A DNA stretch of 49,361 bases from Sphaerotilus sp. (lineage in GTDB: Bacteria > Pseudomonadota > Gammaproteobacteria > Burkholderiales > Burkholderiaceae_C): assembly GCF_041083715.1 (NCBI RefSeq), contig NZ_JBFPGY010000027.1:1-49361 (forward strand). The letters are read 5' to 3'. The translations under genes and the position numbers were made by a program. Every line of letters starts with the position of its first letter. The stretch's first letter is position 1. The notes beneath the pieces were generated by a model that was not told where the DNA came from, did no database searches, and saw nothing but the letters and a program-made list of their open reading frames with translations. Positions 1 through 12,078 of this stretch are shown here, piece by piece.

Positions 1-755
1 ATCAGGGCCAGCAGACGCCGGCGCTCGGCCTCATCCAGCGGCAGGTGGCCCAGCGTTTCGACAAAGCCCACCAGCACCGTGAGCGGCGTGCGGATTTCGT
101 GCGACACATTGGCCACGAAGTCGCGCCGCATGGCTTCGGCCTGCAGCCGTTCGGTCACATCCTGGGTCAGCAGCAGGCGCTGGCCAGCTCCATAGGCGCG
201 CACCAGCAGCGTGAGGGACATCCGGGACTGGTAGTTCGGCAGACTGATCGCCTCGCGGCTCTCGCCCGCCTGCAGGCCGGTCACGAACGCAGGCGAACGC
301 ACCAGGTTGGTAATGCGCTGGCCCAGGTCCCGCTGGGGATCCAACCCGAGATGGACCGCGCCGATCTGGTTCAACCAGATGATCTGCTCGTCGGCATCGA
401 GCAAGATGACGCCGTTGGGCGACGCCTCGATCGCGTGCAGGAACTCACCCAACCGCTGGCGCTCGGCGCGCAGGGCCAGTTCACGCTGACGCAGGGCACG
501 CTCGGTGCGGTAGGCCATCTCGCCCCAGAGCTGGCCGTCGCGCGGAGCATCCCCCTCCAGGTTGCCGCGCAGCCAGGCGACCAATCGTCCGGCCCGGCGT
601 GCATCACGCCAGCCGGACAGCAACACGCCGAGAAACGCACCCGCCCAAGTACCCAGCACGGGTGCGTGCAGGCGCAGGCCCATCAGGCCGCCAACCATTG
701 CCAGCAGGCTCATGAGCAGCAGAGTCGCGAACAAACGCCGCAGGACAAGGCTCAT
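1..755 (-). CDS. phoR: Phosphate regulon sensor histidine kinase PhoR, 5' part (runs off the left edge)
   Basis: Absent from the ORF track because there is no stop in the window. Manual translation from ATG at 755 gives MSLVLRRLFATLLLMSLLAMVGG..., then a PAS-like segment and the H-box RRDFVANVSHEIRTPLTVL. Directly downstream of phoB; AGGA RBS upstream. Confidence 0.92.
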   Translation of the reverse strand, partial: MSLVLRRLFATLLLMSLLAMVGGLMGLRLHAPVLGTWAGAFLGVLLSGWRDARRAGRLVAWLRGNLEGDAPRDGQLWGEMAYRTERALRQRELALRAERQRLGEFLHAIEASPNGVILLDADEQIIWLNQIGAVHLGLDPQRDLGQRITNLVRSPAFVTGLQAGESREAISLPNYQSRMSLTLLVRAYGAGQRLLLTQDVTERLQAEAMRRDFVANVSHEIRTPLTVLVGFVETLGHLPLDEAERRRLLAL

Positions 756-820
756 GGCAGGTCCTTGTAGATCATCGAACACAGGAAGTGAGCACCGCCG
801 CAGCGGCCGGACCGTGCCGT

Positions 821-1516
821 TCAGGCGGCGGTAGCGGAGTGGGTGAGTCGATAGCCCGCGCCGCGCACGGTTTCGATCAGCTGCGCGCAATGTACCGGCA
901 ACAAGGCTTCGCGCAAGCGTTTGATGTGCACGTCCACGGTGCGTTCTTCGATGAACACATGATCGCCCCAGACACGGTCCAGCAGCTGCGAGCGGCTGTG
1001 GACATGTTCCGGATGGGTCATCAGGTAGTGCAGCAGCTTGAACTCCGTCGGTCCCAGCCGGCACTCTGCCTCGCCACGCGACACCCGCCGGGTCGATGGA
1101 TCGAGTCGCAGGCCGCTGAATTCGACGACCGCCTCGCTCGCTGTCGGTGCCCGCCGGCGCAGGACAGCCCGGATGCGTGCCAACAGCTCACCAGTGGAGA
1201 ACGGCTTGACGAGGTAGTCATCGGCGCCTGCATCCAGCCCGGCCACCTTGTCACGCTCTTCGGCGCGCGCCGTCAGCATGATGATGGGCAACTCGCGGGT
1301 GCGCGGTGCCTGTCGCCAACGGCGCGTCAGCTCCACCCCGGAGGCACCCGGCAGCATCCAGTCCAGCATGGCGAGATCCGGCAGCACCGCGTCCACCACC
1401 CCCTGCGCCTGTTCTGCAGATGCAGCCACCACCACCTCGAAGCCGACGTGCCGCAGGTTGATCGCGATCAGCTCGGCGATCGCCGGCTCGTCCTCGACCA
1501 CCAGCACACGTGCCAT
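821..1516 (-). CDS. phoB: Phosphate regulon response regulator PhoB
   Basis: MARVLVVEDEPAI receiver domain, LDWMLPG, C-terminal ERTVDVHIKRLR and ETVRGAGY; start moved to the internal ATG 1 nt after the phoU stop. Confidence 0.96.
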   Translation of the reverse strand: MARVLVVEDEPAIAELIAINLRHVGFEVVVAASAEQAQGVVDAVLPDLAMLDWMLPGASGVELTRRWRQAPRTRELPIIMLTARAEERDKVAGLDAGADDYLVKPFSTGELLARIRAVLRRRAPTASEAVVEFSGLRLDPSTRRVSRGEAECRLGPTEFKLLHYLMTHPEHVHSRSQLLDRVWGDHVFIEERTVDVHIKRLREALLPVHCAQLIETVRGAGYRLTHSATAA

Positions 1517-1517
1517 C

Positions 1518-2222
1518 TCACCGCACCATGTCGGCCACGGCATCCGGCGTGTTGTGCCGCACGTCCATGCCCTTGACGATGTAGATGATCTGCTCCGCCA
1601 GGTTCTTGGCGTGGTCGCCCACCCGCTCGATCGCCTTGGCGACGAACACCAGATCGATCGACACCGAGATGGTGCGGGGATCTTCCATCATGTAGGTGAT
1701 GAGCTTGCGCAGCAGACCATCGAACTCGCGGTCGATCTCGTCGTCCTGACGGATCACCTCGAGCGCCTGGTTGACGTCGAGGCGTGCGAAGGCGTCCAGT
1801 GCCTTGCGCAGCGAGGCGGTCGCCAGACTGGCTTCGACCGATACGTCCGACACCGGGAAACGCAACCGGCCCAGCACCCCCGTCTGAACCAGCCCACGCA
1901 CCGTGCGTGCGATGCGGGCGGCCTCGTCACCGACACGCTCCAGATTGCCGATGGTCTTGGAGATGGCAATCAGCAGCCGCAGATCGCGTGCGGTCGGCTG
2001 GCGCCGGGCGATGATGGTGGAGAGGTCTCGGTCGATCTCCATTTCCATCTGGTTCACGCGCTCTTCGGTACGGATCACCTGTACAGCGATTTCCTCGCTG
2101 AACTGCGTCAGCGCCAGCATGGCTTGTGCAACCTGGGACTCGACCATGCCGCCCATTTCGAGCACGCGGGTGGAAATGCCGCTCAACTCGGCGTCGAACT
2201 GACTGGAGAGATGCTTGTCCAT
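1518..2222 (-). CDS. phoU: Phosphate signalling complex protein PhoU
   Basis: MDKHLSSQFDAEL start, ARRQPTARDLR, LERVGD and ERVGDHAKN repeats; pst operon context. Confidence 0.96.
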   Translation of the reverse strand: MDKHLSSQFDAELSGISTRVLEMGGMVESQVAQAMLALTQFSEEIAVQVIRTEERVNQMEMEIDRDLSTIIARRQPTARDLRLLIAISKTIGNLERVGDEAARIARTVRGLVQTGVLGRLRFPVSDVSVEASLATASLRKALDAFARLDVNQALEVIRQDDEIDREFDGLLRKLITYMMEDPRTISVSIDLVFVAKAIERVGDHAKNLAEQIIYIVKGMDVRHNTPDAVADMVR

Positions 2223-2295
2223 GGTGGGGAACTCCGGCGATATTGATATGGGGGACAGACGCGAGGATCGCAGCAAGCAGTGTGCCGCGCTGGCG

Positions 2296-3081
2296 TCAGC
2301 CGAATCGACCGGTGATGTAGTCCTCTGTTTCCTTTTTCCGAGGCTTCATGAAAATATCGGACGTCGGGCCGAACTCGATCAAGTCACCGAGGTACATGTA
2401 GGCGGTGTAGTCCGAACTGCGCGCAGCCTGCTGCATGTTGTGGGTGACGATGACCACGGTGTAGTCGCTCTTCAGTTCGTCGATCAGTTCCTCGATCTTG
2501 CCAGTGGAAATCGGGTCAAGCGCCGAACACGGCTCGTCGAGCAACAGCACTTCGGGCTTGATCGCGATGCCGCGGGCAATGCACAGGCGCTGCTGCTGAC
2601 CACCGGACAGACCAGATCCGCTCTTGTCGAGCTTGTCCTTGACTTCATTCCAGAGTGCGGCCTTTTTCAGCGCCCATTCAACCCGCTCATCCATCTCGAC
2701 ACGGGGAAGATTCTCGAACAGCTTCACACCGAAGGCGATGTTGTCGTAGATCGACATCGGGAACGGTGTGGGCTTCTGGAAGACCATGCCGACGCGGGCA
2801 CGGATCAGCGAGATGTCTTCCTTGGACGTGAGGATGTTGTCTCCGTCCAGCAGGATCTCGCCTTCCGCGCGCTGCTCCGGATAGAGCTCGAACATGCGGT
2901 TGAACGTGCGCAGCAGCGTCGATTTTCCGCAGCCCGACGGACCGATGAAGGCAGTGACCTTCTTCTCCGGAATGTCGAGGTTGATGTTCTTCAGTGCGTG
3001 GAAATTGCCGTAATAGAAGTTCAGATTGCGAACTGCCACCTTGATCTTTTCGGCGGTGGGCGTAGCGACTTTGGCGTCCAT
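2296..3081 (-). CDS. pstB: Phosphate ABC transporter ATP-binding protein
   Basis: Walker [23 protein letters not shown] signature, C-terminal [10 protein letters not shown]. Confidence 0.97.
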   Translation of the reverse strand: MDAKVATPTAEKIKVAVRNLNFYYGNFHALKNINLDIPEKKVTAFIGPSGCGKSTLLRTFNRMFELYPEQRAEGEILLDGDNILTSKEDISLIRARVGMVFQKPTPFPMSIYDNIAFGVKLFENLPRVEMDERVEWALKKAALWNEVKDKLDKSGSGLSGGQQQRLCIARGIAIKPEVLLLDEPCSALDPISTGKIEELIDELKSDYTVVIVTHNMQQAARSSDYTAYMYLGDLIEFGPTSDIFMKPRKKETEDYITGRFG

Positions 3082-3099
3082 CGGAGGATCCTCGGGAGT

Positions 3100-3966
3100 T
3101 CAGTGTTTGTTGCGCAGCAGGGTGCGCGCAACGATGTTCAGGGCCAGCACGCCCACGGTGATCAGGAAGACCCCGGCCCAGGCCAGTTTCTGCCAGTTCT
3201 CGTACGGACTCATGGCGAACTTGTAGATCGTCACCGGCAGGCTGGCCATCGGCTCGTTCAGATTGCTCGTCCAGAACTGGTTGGACAGCGCCGTGAACAG
3301 CAGCGGTGCGGTCTCGCCAGAGATGCGCGCAACCGCCAGCAGCACGCCGGTCATCACCCCAGCCCGCGCCGATTTCAGCGTGATCGACAAGATCACCTTC
3401 CACTTGGGCGTTCCCAGCGCGTAGGCCGCCTCACGCATCGCGTTCGGAATCAGGCTGAGCATGTTCTCGGTCGTGCGGATGACGACCGGAATGACGATCA
3501 GCGTCAACGCCAGCACGCCTGCGAATCCGGAGAAGCTCTTCATGCGCGCCACCCAGACGCCATAGACGAACAGGCCAATCACGATGGAAGGCGCAGACAG
3601 CAGGATGTCGTTGATGAAGCGCGTGGTCCGACCCAGCCAGTTGGATCGACCATATTCCGCCAGATACACCCCCGCCATCACGCCAATGGGCGTTCCCAGC
3701 AGTGTGGCCAGGCCGACCATGGTCAGCGAACCGAAGATCGCATTGGCCAGCCCACCGATTTCAGCCTGAGGCGGCGGCGTCATCTCGGTGAAGGTCGCCA
3801 GATTCAACCCGCCCAGCCCCATGCGTACCGTCTCGATCAGGATCCAGACCAGCCAGAACAACCCGAATGCCATGGCACCCAGGGACAGGGTCAAGGCCAC
3901 GCTGTTGATGCGCTTGCGGTGGCGGTGCATCGCCAGCCGCGATTCATATGACGCAGTGGTGCTCAT
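3100..3966 (-). CDS. pstA: Phosphate ABC transporter permease PstA
   Basis: Hydrophobic; [11 protein letters not shown] loop (REAAYALG), [13 protein letters not shown]. Confidence 0.96.
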   Translation of the reverse strand: MSTTASYESRLAMHRHRKRINSVALTLSLGAMAFGLFWLVWILIETVRMGLGGLNLATFTEMTPPPQAEIGGLANAIFGSLTMVGLATLLGTPIGVMAGVYLAEYGRSNWLGRTTRFINDILLSAPSIVIGLFVYGVWVARMKSFSGFAGVLALTLIVIPVVIRTTENMLSLIPNAMREAAYALGTPKWKVILSITLKSARAGVMTGVLLAVARISGETAPLLFTALSNQFWTSNLNEPMASLPVTIYKFAMSPYENWQKLAWAGVFLITVGVLALNIVARTLLRNKH

Positions 3967-4979
3967 CAGCGCCCCTCGCCTTTCTTCAGTTGGGCCAGAA
4001 GAACCTTGGACAAGGACAGCACGACAAACGTGATGAAGAACAGGACCAGTCCAAGGTAGATCAGCGATGCCTGGTGCAGTCCCTCGCCGGCTTCAGCGAA
4101 CTCGTTGGCCAGTGCCGACGTGATGCTGTTGGCCGCTTCGAACAGCGACACCGAATTCAGCTGGTTCATGTTGCCGATCACGAAGGTGACGGCCATCGTC
4201 TCCCCGAGCGCGCGCCCGAGGCCAAGCATGATGCCGCCGATCGCACCGGTCTTGGTGTAAGGCATCACCACCTTCCAGACCACCTCCCAGGTGGTCGCGC
4301 CCAATCCGTAGGCAGACTCCTTGAGCATCGGTGGTGTCACTTCGAACACGTCGCGCATCACGGACGCGATGAACGGGATGATCATGATGGCCAGAATGAT
4401 GCTGGCCGAGAGAATACCGATGCCCACCGGCGGGCCGGAAACCAGGTCACTCAGCACCGGCAAGCCAGCGAACACCAGTTGAAGCGGCTGCTGGACAAAG
4501 CGCGCCAGGATCGGGCCGAAGACCATCAGGCCCCACATGCCATAGACGATCGAAGGGACGGCAGCGAGCAACTCGACCGCGATCCCCAGCGGACGCTTCA
4601 ACCAGGCTGGCGACAATTCGGTCAGAAACAGCGCAATGCCAAAGCTCACCGGCACAGCGATCAGCAGCGCGATGAAGGACGTCATCAGCGTCCCGTAGAT
4701 CATGACCAGACCACCGTAGTGATCTTCGACAGGATCCCATTCGCTCCGCCAGAGAAACGACAGGCCGTACTCCCGGATGGCCGGCATCGCGCCACTGACC
4801 AGTGACACGATGATGCCCACCAGCAAGGCCAGCGTCAGCCACGCACAGGCTTGTGCAACGAAGGCAAACAGCGTGTCGGCCCAAGGCATGCGGACCACGG
4901 CACGCGAGCCCTCGTTTCCAGATCTTTCAGCCATTTTCGATGCAGTTTCCGGCGAATGAGCCGGGAGTGTAGCGGCCAC
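3966..4979 (-). CDS. pstC: Phosphate ABC transporter permease PstC
   Basis: [39 protein letters not shown]; GTG start preceded by GAGGAG. Confidence 0.95.
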   Translation of the reverse strand: MAATLPAHSPETASKMAERSGNEGSRAVVRMPWADTLFAFVAQACAWLTLALLVGIIVSLVSGAMPAIREYGLSFLWRSEWDPVEDHYGGLVMIYGTLMTSFIALLIAVPVSFGIALFLTELSPAWLKRPLGIAVELLAAVPSIVYGMWGLMVFGPILARFVQQPLQLVFAGLPVLSDLVSGPPVGIGILSASIILAIMIIPFIASVMRDVFEVTPPMLKESAYGLGATTWEVVWKVVMPYTKTGAIGGIMLGLGRALGETMAVTFVIGNMNQLNSVSLFEAANSITSALANEFAEAGEGLHQASLIYLGLVLFFITFVVLSLSKVLLAQLKKGEGR

Positions 4980-5093
4980 AGGGACTCCTCAGGACGGTCT
5001 GGGCGCCAAGCCGATGGCGAGCACCGGGCACGGCAGAGCACTCGGTTGCTGGCCCGAAGACCGCAAGCGAGTGCATGTTGAAAGTCGTGGAAC

Positions 5094-6131
5094 TTACTTG
5101 TGGGCAATCGCCTTGCCGGAAGCGTCCTTGATTTCACCCCATTGCTTGCGCACCAGGGCCTTGAGCGAATCCGGCAGCGCAACGTATTCGAGGTCGTTGG
5201 CCATCTTGTCGCCGCTGTTGTAAGCCCAATCAAAGAACTTGAGCGCAGCAGTGGCCTGGCCAGGCTTGTCCTGCACCTTGTGCATCAGGATGAACGTGGC
5301 GCCCGTGAGCGGCCAGGCATCCTTGCCCGCCTGGTTGGTCAGCACTTGATAGAAGGTCTTGGACCAATCCGCACCAGCCGCCGCGGCCTTGAAGTTGGCG
5401 TCATCCGGTGCCACGAAGTTGCCTGCTGCATTCTTCAGCATCACGTACGACATCTTGTTCTGCTTGGCGTAGGCGTATTCGACATACCCGATCGAGTTCG
5501 GCAAGCGCTGCACAAATGCCGAAACACCCTCGTTGCCCTTGCCGCCCGCGCCGGTCGGCCAGTTCACGGCCGTGCCTTCGCCGACCTTGGACTTCCAATC
5601 GGCATTCACCTTCGACAGATAGTTCGTGAAGATGAAGCTGGTGCCCGAGCCGTCCGCACGGCGAACCACGGCAATCGCCGTATCCGGCAGCGGCACGCCA
5701 GGATTCAGTGCAGCCAGTGCCGGATCATTCCACTTGGTGACCTTGCCGAGATAGATGTCGGCCAGCAATTCGCCAGACATCTTGATCTGCCCGGGCTGGA
5801 TCCCCTTGATGTTGACCACCGGCACCACGCCGCCGATCACCGTCGGGAACTGCATCAGGCCGTCCTTGGCCAGTTCGTCATCGCTCAACGGCGCGTCAGA
5901 GGCGCCGAAGTCGACGGTCTTGCCCTTGATCTGCTTGATGCCTGCGCCAGACCCGACCGATTGGTAATTGATACGCGCACCAGTCGCCTTGTTGTAGGCG
6001 TCCGCCCACTTGGCATAGATCGGCGCGGGGAACGATGCACCGGCACCCGTGGCGTCCTGCGCGGCGGCCATGCTTGCCGCTGCCGTCAGAGTCAAGGCCA
6101 ACATCGTCTGACCGATAGTGCGAATATTCAT
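5094..6131 (-). CDS. pstS: Phosphate ABC transporter substrate-binding protein PstS
   Basis: Signal peptide, [23 protein letters not shown] and RADGSGTSF motifs. Confidence 0.97.
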   Translation of the reverse strand: MNIRTIGQTMLALTLTAAASMAAAQDATGAGASFPAPIYAKWADAYNKATGARINYQSVGSGAGIKQIKGKTVDFGASDAPLSDDELAKDGLMQFPTVIGGVVPVVNIKGIQPGQIKMSGELLADIYLGKVTKWNDPALAALNPGVPLPDTAIAVVRRADGSGTSFIFTNYLSKVNADWKSKVGEGTAVNWPTGAGGKGNEGVSAFVQRLPNSIGYVEYAYAKQNKMSYVMLKNAAGNFVAPDDANFKAAAAGADWSKTFYQVLTNQAGKDAWPLTGATFILMHKVQDKPGQATAALKFFDWAYNSGDKMANDLEYVALPDSLKALVRKQWGEIKDASGKAIAHK

Positions 6132-6176
6132 GTAGCTTCCTCAGATGCGGACAACGGCACGTCGCCGATGAAATGA

Positions 6177-6210
6177 ATCGTAGGCCCGTATTGTGACAAC
6201 CACGTGACTC
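6177..6210 (-). promoter_or_regulatory. Pho box plus -10 element driving pstSCAB-phoUBR
   Basis: Minus strand reads GAGTCAC-GTGG-TTGTCAC (6210-6193, 11-bp repeat), 10 bp spacer, then TACGAT (6182-6177). This is the canonical PhoB promoter geometry. Confidence 0.8.
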
Positions 6211-6274
6211 GCCTGCGCAGCGGGGAAAAGCCGTTCGGCTCTGCCTGTTCACCACGGGCACAGGCACCACGGCA

Positions 6275-6308
6275 TCGTCATCGATTCGTCACGATTCCTG
6301 AGAAGAAT
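6275..6308 (+). promoter_or_regulatory. Second Pho-box-like direct repeat plus -10 upstream of the fasciclin gene
   Basis: TCGTCAT-CGAT-TCGTCAC (6275-6292), 10 bp spacer, AAGAAT (6303-6308). Confidence 0.6.
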
Positions 6309-6365
6309 CGGCGGACTGTCCGGACGTCGGTCCGGAGCCCGAAACCCGTTGAGCGAGGAGCTTGC

Positions 6366-6851
6366 ATGAACAAACGTCTCTGGTTGTTGGCAATGGCCGG
6401 TGTGACCGCCTGGACCCTGTCTGGCTGCGCGGCCATGCGCGCGCCCCCCTCGATCGCCGACACGCTGGCGTCCACCCCGGAGCTGTCCACGCTCTCGCAG
6501 CTTGTGCGACAGGCTGGCCTGACCGACACATTGAACGGCGAAGGCCCGTTCACGCTGTTCGCGCCGTCGAATGAAGCGTTCAAGGCCGTTCCCGCCAAGA
6601 CCATGGAAGCACTCGGCAAGGACCCAGCAGGCTTGAAGGCCGTGCTGTCCTACCACGTGGTGCCATCGCGCTTGCCCGCGGCCAGCATCACCAATGGCAA
6701 GCTCAAGTCCCTGGAAAGCTCGACGCTGACCACCGCACGCGCCGGTGAGTTCGTGACCGTCGAAGACGCATTGGTCACCCGTGCAGACATCGCTGCACGC
6801 AATGGCATCGTGCACATCGTGGACCAGGTGCTGATTCCACCGAAACACTGA
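6366..6851 (+). CDS. Fasciclin (FAS1) domain lipoprotein
   Basis: Signal peptide with lipobox LSG-C; FAS1 motifs GPFTLFAPSNEAF, LSYHVVP and NGIVHIVDQVL; GAGGAG RBS. Confidence 0.9.
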   Translation: MNKRLWLLAMAGVTAWTLSGCAAMRAPPSIADTLASTPELSTLSQLVRQAGLTDTLNGEGPFTLFAPSNEAFKAVPAKTMEALGKDPAGLKAVLSYHVVPSRLPAASITNGKLKSLESSTLTTARAGEFVTVEDALVTRADIAARNGIVHIVDQVLIPPKH

Positions 6852-6872
6852 CTCCTTCGGAAGCCCCACAAG

Positions 6873-6902
6873 AAAAACCCGGCAGTTCATGCCGGGTTTT
6901 TT
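6873..6902. terminator. Bidirectional intrinsic terminator between fasciclin and glmM
   Basis: AAAAACCCGGCA-GTTCA-TGCCGGGTTTTTT between convergent genes. Confidence 0.85.
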
Positions 6903-6926
6903 GTTGCACGGATGGGAGATCTGAAC

Positions 6927-8258
6927 TCAGGCCGTCACCGTGTCCGCCATCCGCTGCGCACAACGACGGGCCACTTCCGCGTCCTGTGCCTCCACCATCA
7001 CCCGCAGCAAGGGCTCTGTTCCCGAAGCACGGATGAGCACGCGACCGGTGTCGCCGAGTTCAGCGGTGATGCGTTCCTCCTCTGCGAACAGCGCCTGGTT
7101 GTTCTTCCAATCCTGGCCAGGCGCCAGCCTGATGTTCAGCAGCGTCTGCGGGAACAGATCGACACCCTTCAGCAGATCGGACAGGGAGCGGCAAGCCCGC
7201 TGTTGTGCTTGCAGGACCTGCAGTGCAGAGACAATGCCATCACCGGTGGTATGCCGATCGAGCGCCAGCAGATGGCCGGAGCCCTCGCCACCGAGCTGCC
7301 AGCCACGCCGCGTCAGCTCTTCGAGGATGTAGCGATCACCCACCTTCGCGCGCACGAACTCGATGCCACGGCGCTTGATGGCGACTTCGACCGCCATGTT
7401 CGTCATCAGTGTCCCGACGACACCGGGCACGGATTCGCCTTGCGCCAGCCGGTCCACCACCATGGCGTAGAGCAGCTCATCGCCGTTGTACAGGCGACCA
7501 GCGCCATCCACCACCTGCAGCCGATCGGCATCGCCATCCAGGGCAATGCCGTAGTCGGCGCGGTGCAGTTCGACGGCATCGACCAGTGCCTGCGGCGACG
7601 TGGCACCGACGCCGTCATTGATGTTGTAGCCATCCGGTTCGCAGCCAATGCGGATGACCTCGGCACCCAGTTCGTGGAACACGTCCGGAGCGATGTGATA
7701 CGCAGCGCCATTGGCACCGTCGACGACGATCTTCAGGCCCTTGAGCGACAGATCGTTCGAGAAGGTCGACTTGCAGAATTCCAGGTAGCGCCCCGGTGCA
7801 TCGTTCAGACGGCGAGCCCGGCCGAGCGCACTGGAATCCGCCCAGAGTGGCTCCGCGGCCAATGCAGCTTCGACCTCTTCCTCCCAGGCGTCCGGCAGCT
7901 TCTCGCCACGGGCCGAAAAGAACTTGATGCCATTGTCCGCATACGGATTGTGCGAGGCACTGATGACGACACCCAAACTGAGACGCAGGGCCCGGGTCAG
8001 GTAAGCAACACCGGGTGTCGGCAACGGACCCGTCAGCATCACGTCCACGCCCGCCGAATTGAGGCCGGCTTCCAGTGCAGATTCCAGCATGTAGCCGGAA
8101 ATGCGCGTGTCCTTGCCGATCAGAACGACCGGACGTTCATGGGTCGCGCGCAATACCCGACCAACGGCATTGCCAAGCCGAAGTACAAAATCTGGCGTAA
8201 TCGGATAGGTACCCACTGCACCACGAATTCCATCCGTCCCAAAATACTTTCTGCTCAT
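6927..8258 (-). CDS. glmM: Phosphoglucosamine mutase
   Basis: [13 protein letters not shown] start, ISASHNP catalytic Ser, DGDADR metal loop; follows folP. Confidence 0.96.
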   Translation of the reverse strand: MSRKYFGTDGIRGAVGTYPITPDFVLRLGNAVGRVLRATHERPVVLIGKDTRISGYMLESALEAGLNSAGVDVMLTGPLPTPGVAYLTRALRLSLGVVISASHNPYADNGIKFFSARGEKLPDAWEEEVEAALAAEPLWADSSALGRARRLNDAPGRYLEFCKSTFSNDLSLKGLKIVVDGANGAAYHIAPDVFHELGAEVIRIGCEPDGYNINDGVGATSPQALVDAVELHRADYGIALDGDADRLQVVDGAGRLYNGDELLYAMVVDRLAQGESVPGVVGTLMTNMAVEVAIKRRGIEFVRAKVGDRYILEELTRRGWQLGGEGSGHLLALDRHTTGDGIVSALQVLQAQQRACRSLSDLLKGVDLFPQTLLNIRLAPGQDWKNNQALFAEEERITAELGDTGRVLIRASGTEPLLRVMVEAQDAEVARRCAQRMADTVTA

Positions 8259-8349
8259 TTCAATCCCGTGAGGCAATTCCTGATGGATGGCCATGTTACC
8301 CACCATTGCCTGCATTACCTTAATGGCAGACCCAGCCCATCTCCATGCG

Positions 8350-9219
8350 TCACAGCAATCCGGCGGCTCTCCACACTTTGAGTGCATCCACTGTTGCGTC
8401 GACGTCATGGACACGGAGGATGCGTGCGCCGCACTGCGCGGCGGCGAGGGCCGCCGCCACGCTGCCGCACAGCCGATCGGTCACCGGCTTGCCCGTCACT
8501 GCCCCGAGCGACGATTTGCGTGACCATCCCGCCAGCACCGGATAGCCCAAGTCGAGCAAGGCCTGCTGCCCCCGCACCAACGCGAAGTTGTCTTCCACGC
8601 GCTTGCCAAACCCGATGCCAGGATCGAGCACGATGCGTCTGCGATCCACCCCACGTTCTGCCAGTGCACGGACCCGTTCGACCAGAAAGTCTCTCACCTC
8701 GGAGACGACATCGGCATGCCAGGGTGCGACCTGCATGGTCTGCGGCTGACCGGACATGTGCATCAGGCAGACACCGCAGTGCGGGTGAGCTGCCACCACA
8801 TCCATGGCGCCAGCCGCACCAAGCGCGTGGATGTCATTGATGATGTCCGCACCGAGATCCAGCGCCCGCTGCATGACCTCCGGCTTGCAGGTGTCGATCG
8901 ACAGAGGCACACCCAGCGAGAGGGCTTCCCGGAGGACAGGTTCGATTCGCAGCCACTCCTGTTCCGCAGAAATCGATTCGGCCCCCGGGCGACTCGACTC
9001 ACCACCGATGTCCAGCAGATCGGCGCCCTGCTGCAACAGTGTCTCGCAGTGCTTCAGCGCCACGGAGGCGGATGAACGCCCGCCATCGAAAAAGGAGTCT
9101 GGCGTGACGTTGACGATCCCCATGACCCGCACGGGACGCAGGTCGATCTGATAGCGACTGGTGGTCCAGGTGGGATGCGGGGGGATGCTGCAGCTGGCGG
9201 AACTGGTGGATGAACTCAT
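8350..9219 (-). CDS. folP: Dihydropteroate synthase
   Basis: [43 protein letters not shown]; exact start uncertain. Confidence 0.94.
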   Translation of the reverse strand: MSSSTSSASCSIPPHPTWTTSRYQIDLRPVRVMGIVNVTPDSFFDGGRSSASVALKHCETLLQQGADLLDIGGESSRPGAESISAEQEWLRIEPVLREALSLGVPLSIDTCKPEVMQRALDLGADIINDIHALGAAGAMDVVAAHPHCGVCLMHMSGQPQTMQVAPWHADVVSEVRDFLVERVRALAERGVDRRRIVLDPGIGFGKRVEDNFALVRGQQALLDLGYPVLAGWSRKSSLGAVTGKPVTDRLCGSVAAALAAAQCGARILRVHDVDATVDALKVWRAAGLL

Positions 9220-9250
9220 CGCGAGTACCCTGGGTTCTGGTCGAGACCAC

Positions 9251-9279
9251 AAATACAAAACGGGGCTTGCGCCCCGTTT
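9251..9279 (-). terminator. Intrinsic terminator after ftsH
   Basis: AAACGGGGC-loop-GCCCCGTTT hairpin followed on the minus strand by a T-rich tract. Confidence 0.7.
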
Positions 9280-9307
9280 CTGGATTCAGTCCTGACTCTG
9301 TTGCGTA

Positions 9308-11218
9308 TCAAGCAGGCGCGGTCGCATTGCCTGAACTGATGGATGGCGGATTCGACGGGCCTCCAGGAGGCTTGTTGACCGACGGAATCCAGTCCTTGGG
9401 TGGCTTCGGCGGACGACCGTTCATGATGTCCTCGATCTGGTCCGCATCGATGGTTTCCCACTCCAGCAGCGCCTGGGCCATCACATGCATCTTGTCCTGG
9501 CTTTCCTCGATCAGACGACGAGCCAGTGCGTACTGGTTGTCGATGATGCGGCGAATCTCGGAATCGACCTTCTGCATCGTCTGCTCGGACATGTTGGTGG
9601 TCTTGGTCACCGACCGACCGAGGAAGACTTCTCCCTCGTTGTCCGCGTAGACCATCGGGCCCAGTGCGTCGGTCATGCCGTAGCGGGTCACCATGTCACG
9701 GGCAATCTGGGTCGCACGCTCGAAGTCGTTGCTGGCGCCGGTGGTCATCTGGTTCATGAACACCTCCTCCGCAATTCGACCACCAAACAGCACGGAGATC
9801 GTGGACAGCATGCGTTCCTTGTCCAGACTGTAACGGTCCCCTTCAGGCAACTGCATCGTCACACCCAGCGCACGACCACGCGGGATGATCGTCACCTTGT
9901 GGACCGGATCCGTCTTCGGCAGCAGGCGAGCCACCAGCGCATGACCCGCCTCGTGGTAGGCCGTGTTGCGGCGCTCTTCCTCGGGCATGATCATGGACTT
10001 CCGCTCGGGGCCCATCATGATCTTGTCCTTGGCTTTCTCGAAGTCGACCATCTCCACGACCCGGCCATTGCGGCGGGCAGCGAACAGAGCAGCTTCATTG
10101 ACCAGATTGGCCAGATCAGCGCCCGAAAAGCCCGGAGTGCCGCGCGCCAAAATGTCGGCGCGGATGTCCTGTCCGATCGGAATCTTGCGCATGTGCACGT
10201 TCAGGATCTGCTCGCGACCACGCACGTCCGGCAGCGTCACATAGACCTGGCGGTCAAAGCGCCCCGGACGCAGCAACGCCGGATCCAGGATGTCCGGGCG
10301 GTTCGTGGCAGCCACGACGATCACACCCAGGTTGGTCTCGAAGCCGTCCATCTCGACCAGCATCTGGTTGAGGGTCTGCTCGCGCTCGTCGTTGCCCCCA
10401 CCCAGACCGGCACCACGGTGGCGACCGACCGCGTCGATTTCATCGATGAAGATGATGCAGGGCGCGTTCTTCTTGGCCTGCTCGAACATGTCGCGCACGC
10501 GTGCCGCACCGACACCAACGAACATTTCCACGAAGTCCGAGCCGGAGATCGAGAAGAACGGCACCTTGGCCTCACCGGCGATGGACTTCGCCAGCAAGGT
10601 CTTGCCGGTTCCCGGAGGACCGACCATCAGCACCCCACGGGGGATGCGGCCGCCAAGCTTCTGGAATTTCTGGGGATCCTTGAGGAAATCGACCAGTTCC
10701 TTCACTTCTTCCTTGGCTTCGTCACAACCGGCCACATCGGCGAACGTCACCGAGTTGTTGGTGTCGTCGAGCATGCGGGCGCGGCTCTTGCCAAAGCTGA
10801 AGGCACCGCCCTTGCCGCCACCTTGCATCTGGCGCATGAAGTACACCCACACGCCGATCAGCAGCAACATCGGACCCCAGGAAATCAGCAGGCTGGTCAG
10901 CAGGGAGGGCTCGTCGCGCGGCTTGACGCGGAACTTGATGCCATTGCTGATGAGATCGCCGACCAGACCGCGGTCCAGATAAGTGGCCGTGGTGCGGATC
11001 TTCTTGTCATCCGTCGTCAGTGCTTCGATCTCGGCACCGCCCGGATTTTCCTGCAGCACCACCTCGCGGATGCGCTTGGAGCGCACCTCTTCAAGGAACT
11101 CGGAGTACCCGATCTGGTTACCGGCCGTGGCCGTGCGGTCAAACTGCTTGAAAACGGTGAACAGCACCAACGCTATCACCAGCCACACAGCTACTTTGGA
11201 GAACCATTGATTGTTCAC
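9308..11218 (-). CDS. ftsH: ATP-dependent zinc metalloprotease FtsH
   Basis: Two TM segments, [27 protein letters not shown] zinc motif; GTG start with AAGGAG. Confidence 0.98.
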   Translation of the reverse strand: MNNQWFSKVAVWLVIALVLFTVFKQFDRTATAGNQIGYSEFLEEVRSKRIREVVLQENPGGAEIEALTTDDKKIRTTATYLDRGLVGDLISNGIKFRVKPRDEPSLLTSLLISWGPMLLLIGVWVYFMRQMQGGGKGGAFSFGKSRARMLDDTNNSVTFADVAGCDEAKEEVKELVDFLKDPQKFQKLGGRIPRGVLMVGPPGTGKTLLAKSIAGEAKVPFFSISGSDFVEMFVGVGAARVRDMFEQAKKNAPCIIFIDEIDAVGRHRGAGLGGGNDEREQTLNQMLVEMDGFETNLGVIVVAATNRPDILDPALLRPGRFDRQVYVTLPDVRGREQILNVHMRKIPIGQDIRADILARGTPGFSGADLANLVNEAALFAARRNGRVVEMVDFEKAKDKIMMGPERKSMIMPEEERRNTAYHEAGHALVARLLPKTDPVHKVTIIPRGRALGVTMQLPEGDRYSLDKERMLSTISVLFGGRIAEEVFMNQMTTGASNDFERATQIARDMVTRYGMTDALGPMVYADNEGEVFLGRSVTKTTNMSEQTMQKVDSEIRRIIDNQYALARRLIEESQDKMHVMAQALLEWETIDADQIEDIMNGRPPKPPKDWIPSVNKPPGGPSNPPSISSGNATAPA

Positions 11219-11391
11219 CGCGGCTCCTTATTTGATTCGAACACGCCCCAGATCGGGGCCTTGCGTGCCGCTTGGTACGCACCTACGCGGTAGATGGGGG
11301 CAATTCTAGTGCAGTCAACCCCCCGGCAAGCCGATGTTTGGCAGGTAACCCTGACCTTGAACAGGGCGGGCGTGCACTCTCGCACCGGAAA

Positions 11392-12078
11392 TCAGCTTCT
11401 CTTGTCGGCATTTTTCAGCCCCAGACCGACCAGAAAGGTTTCCGCCGATTTGTCCCGGGACGCCTTGGGCTTGATGGGCTTGACCACCCGGAAATGGTCC
11501 TTGAACAACTGTACCAGCTGGCTATATCCACTGCCGTGGAACACCTTGCACACCAGCACACCGTCCGGACGCAGATGCGCCTGCGCAAACTCGATGGCCA
11601 GCTCGATCAGGTGGGCAATGCGTGCGGCGTCCGACACCTCGATGCCAGACAGATTCGGCGCCATGTCCGACACCACAACGTCGACGGACCGCCCGCCCAG
11701 CACATCCACCAGCTGCTGCAGCACCGCGTCTTCACGGAAGTCGCCCTGGATGAAGCGCACCCCCTCGATCGGCTCGAAATCGAGCAGATCCAGCGCAATG
11801 ATCGTTCCGTTGAGTTCGCCCGCCGCGGCACCGCCGATGCCAGCCTCCTTCGGCGCAAACCGACGGCGCAGGTACTGGCTCCACGCACCCGGACACGCAC
11901 CCAGATCGACCACCACCTGGCCGGGTCGAAAGAGGTGGAACGTCTCGTCGATTTCCTTGAGCTTGTAGGCGGCACGGGCGCGGTAACCGTCGCGTTTGGA
12001 CTGCCGGACATAGGGATCGGTCAGGTGCTCGTTGAGCCACGCCTTGTTGATCTTCTTGCTTTTACTGTCGATCTTCAT
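11392..12078 (-). CDS. rlmE: 23S rRNA Um2552 methyltransferase RlmE (FtsJ)
   Basis: [36 protein letters not shown]; upstream of ftsH. Confidence 0.96.
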   Translation of the reverse strand: MKIDSKSKKINKAWLNEHLTDPYVRQSKRDGYRARAAYKLKEIDETFHLFRPGQVVVDLGACPGAWSQYLRRRFAPKEAGIGGAAAGELNGTIIALDLLDFEPIEGVRFIQGDFREDAVLQQLVDVLGGRSVDVVVSDMAPNLSGIEVSDAARIAHLIELAIEFAQAHLRPDGVLVCKVFHGSGYSQLVQLFKDHFRVVKPIKPKASRDKSAETFLVGLGLKNADKRS

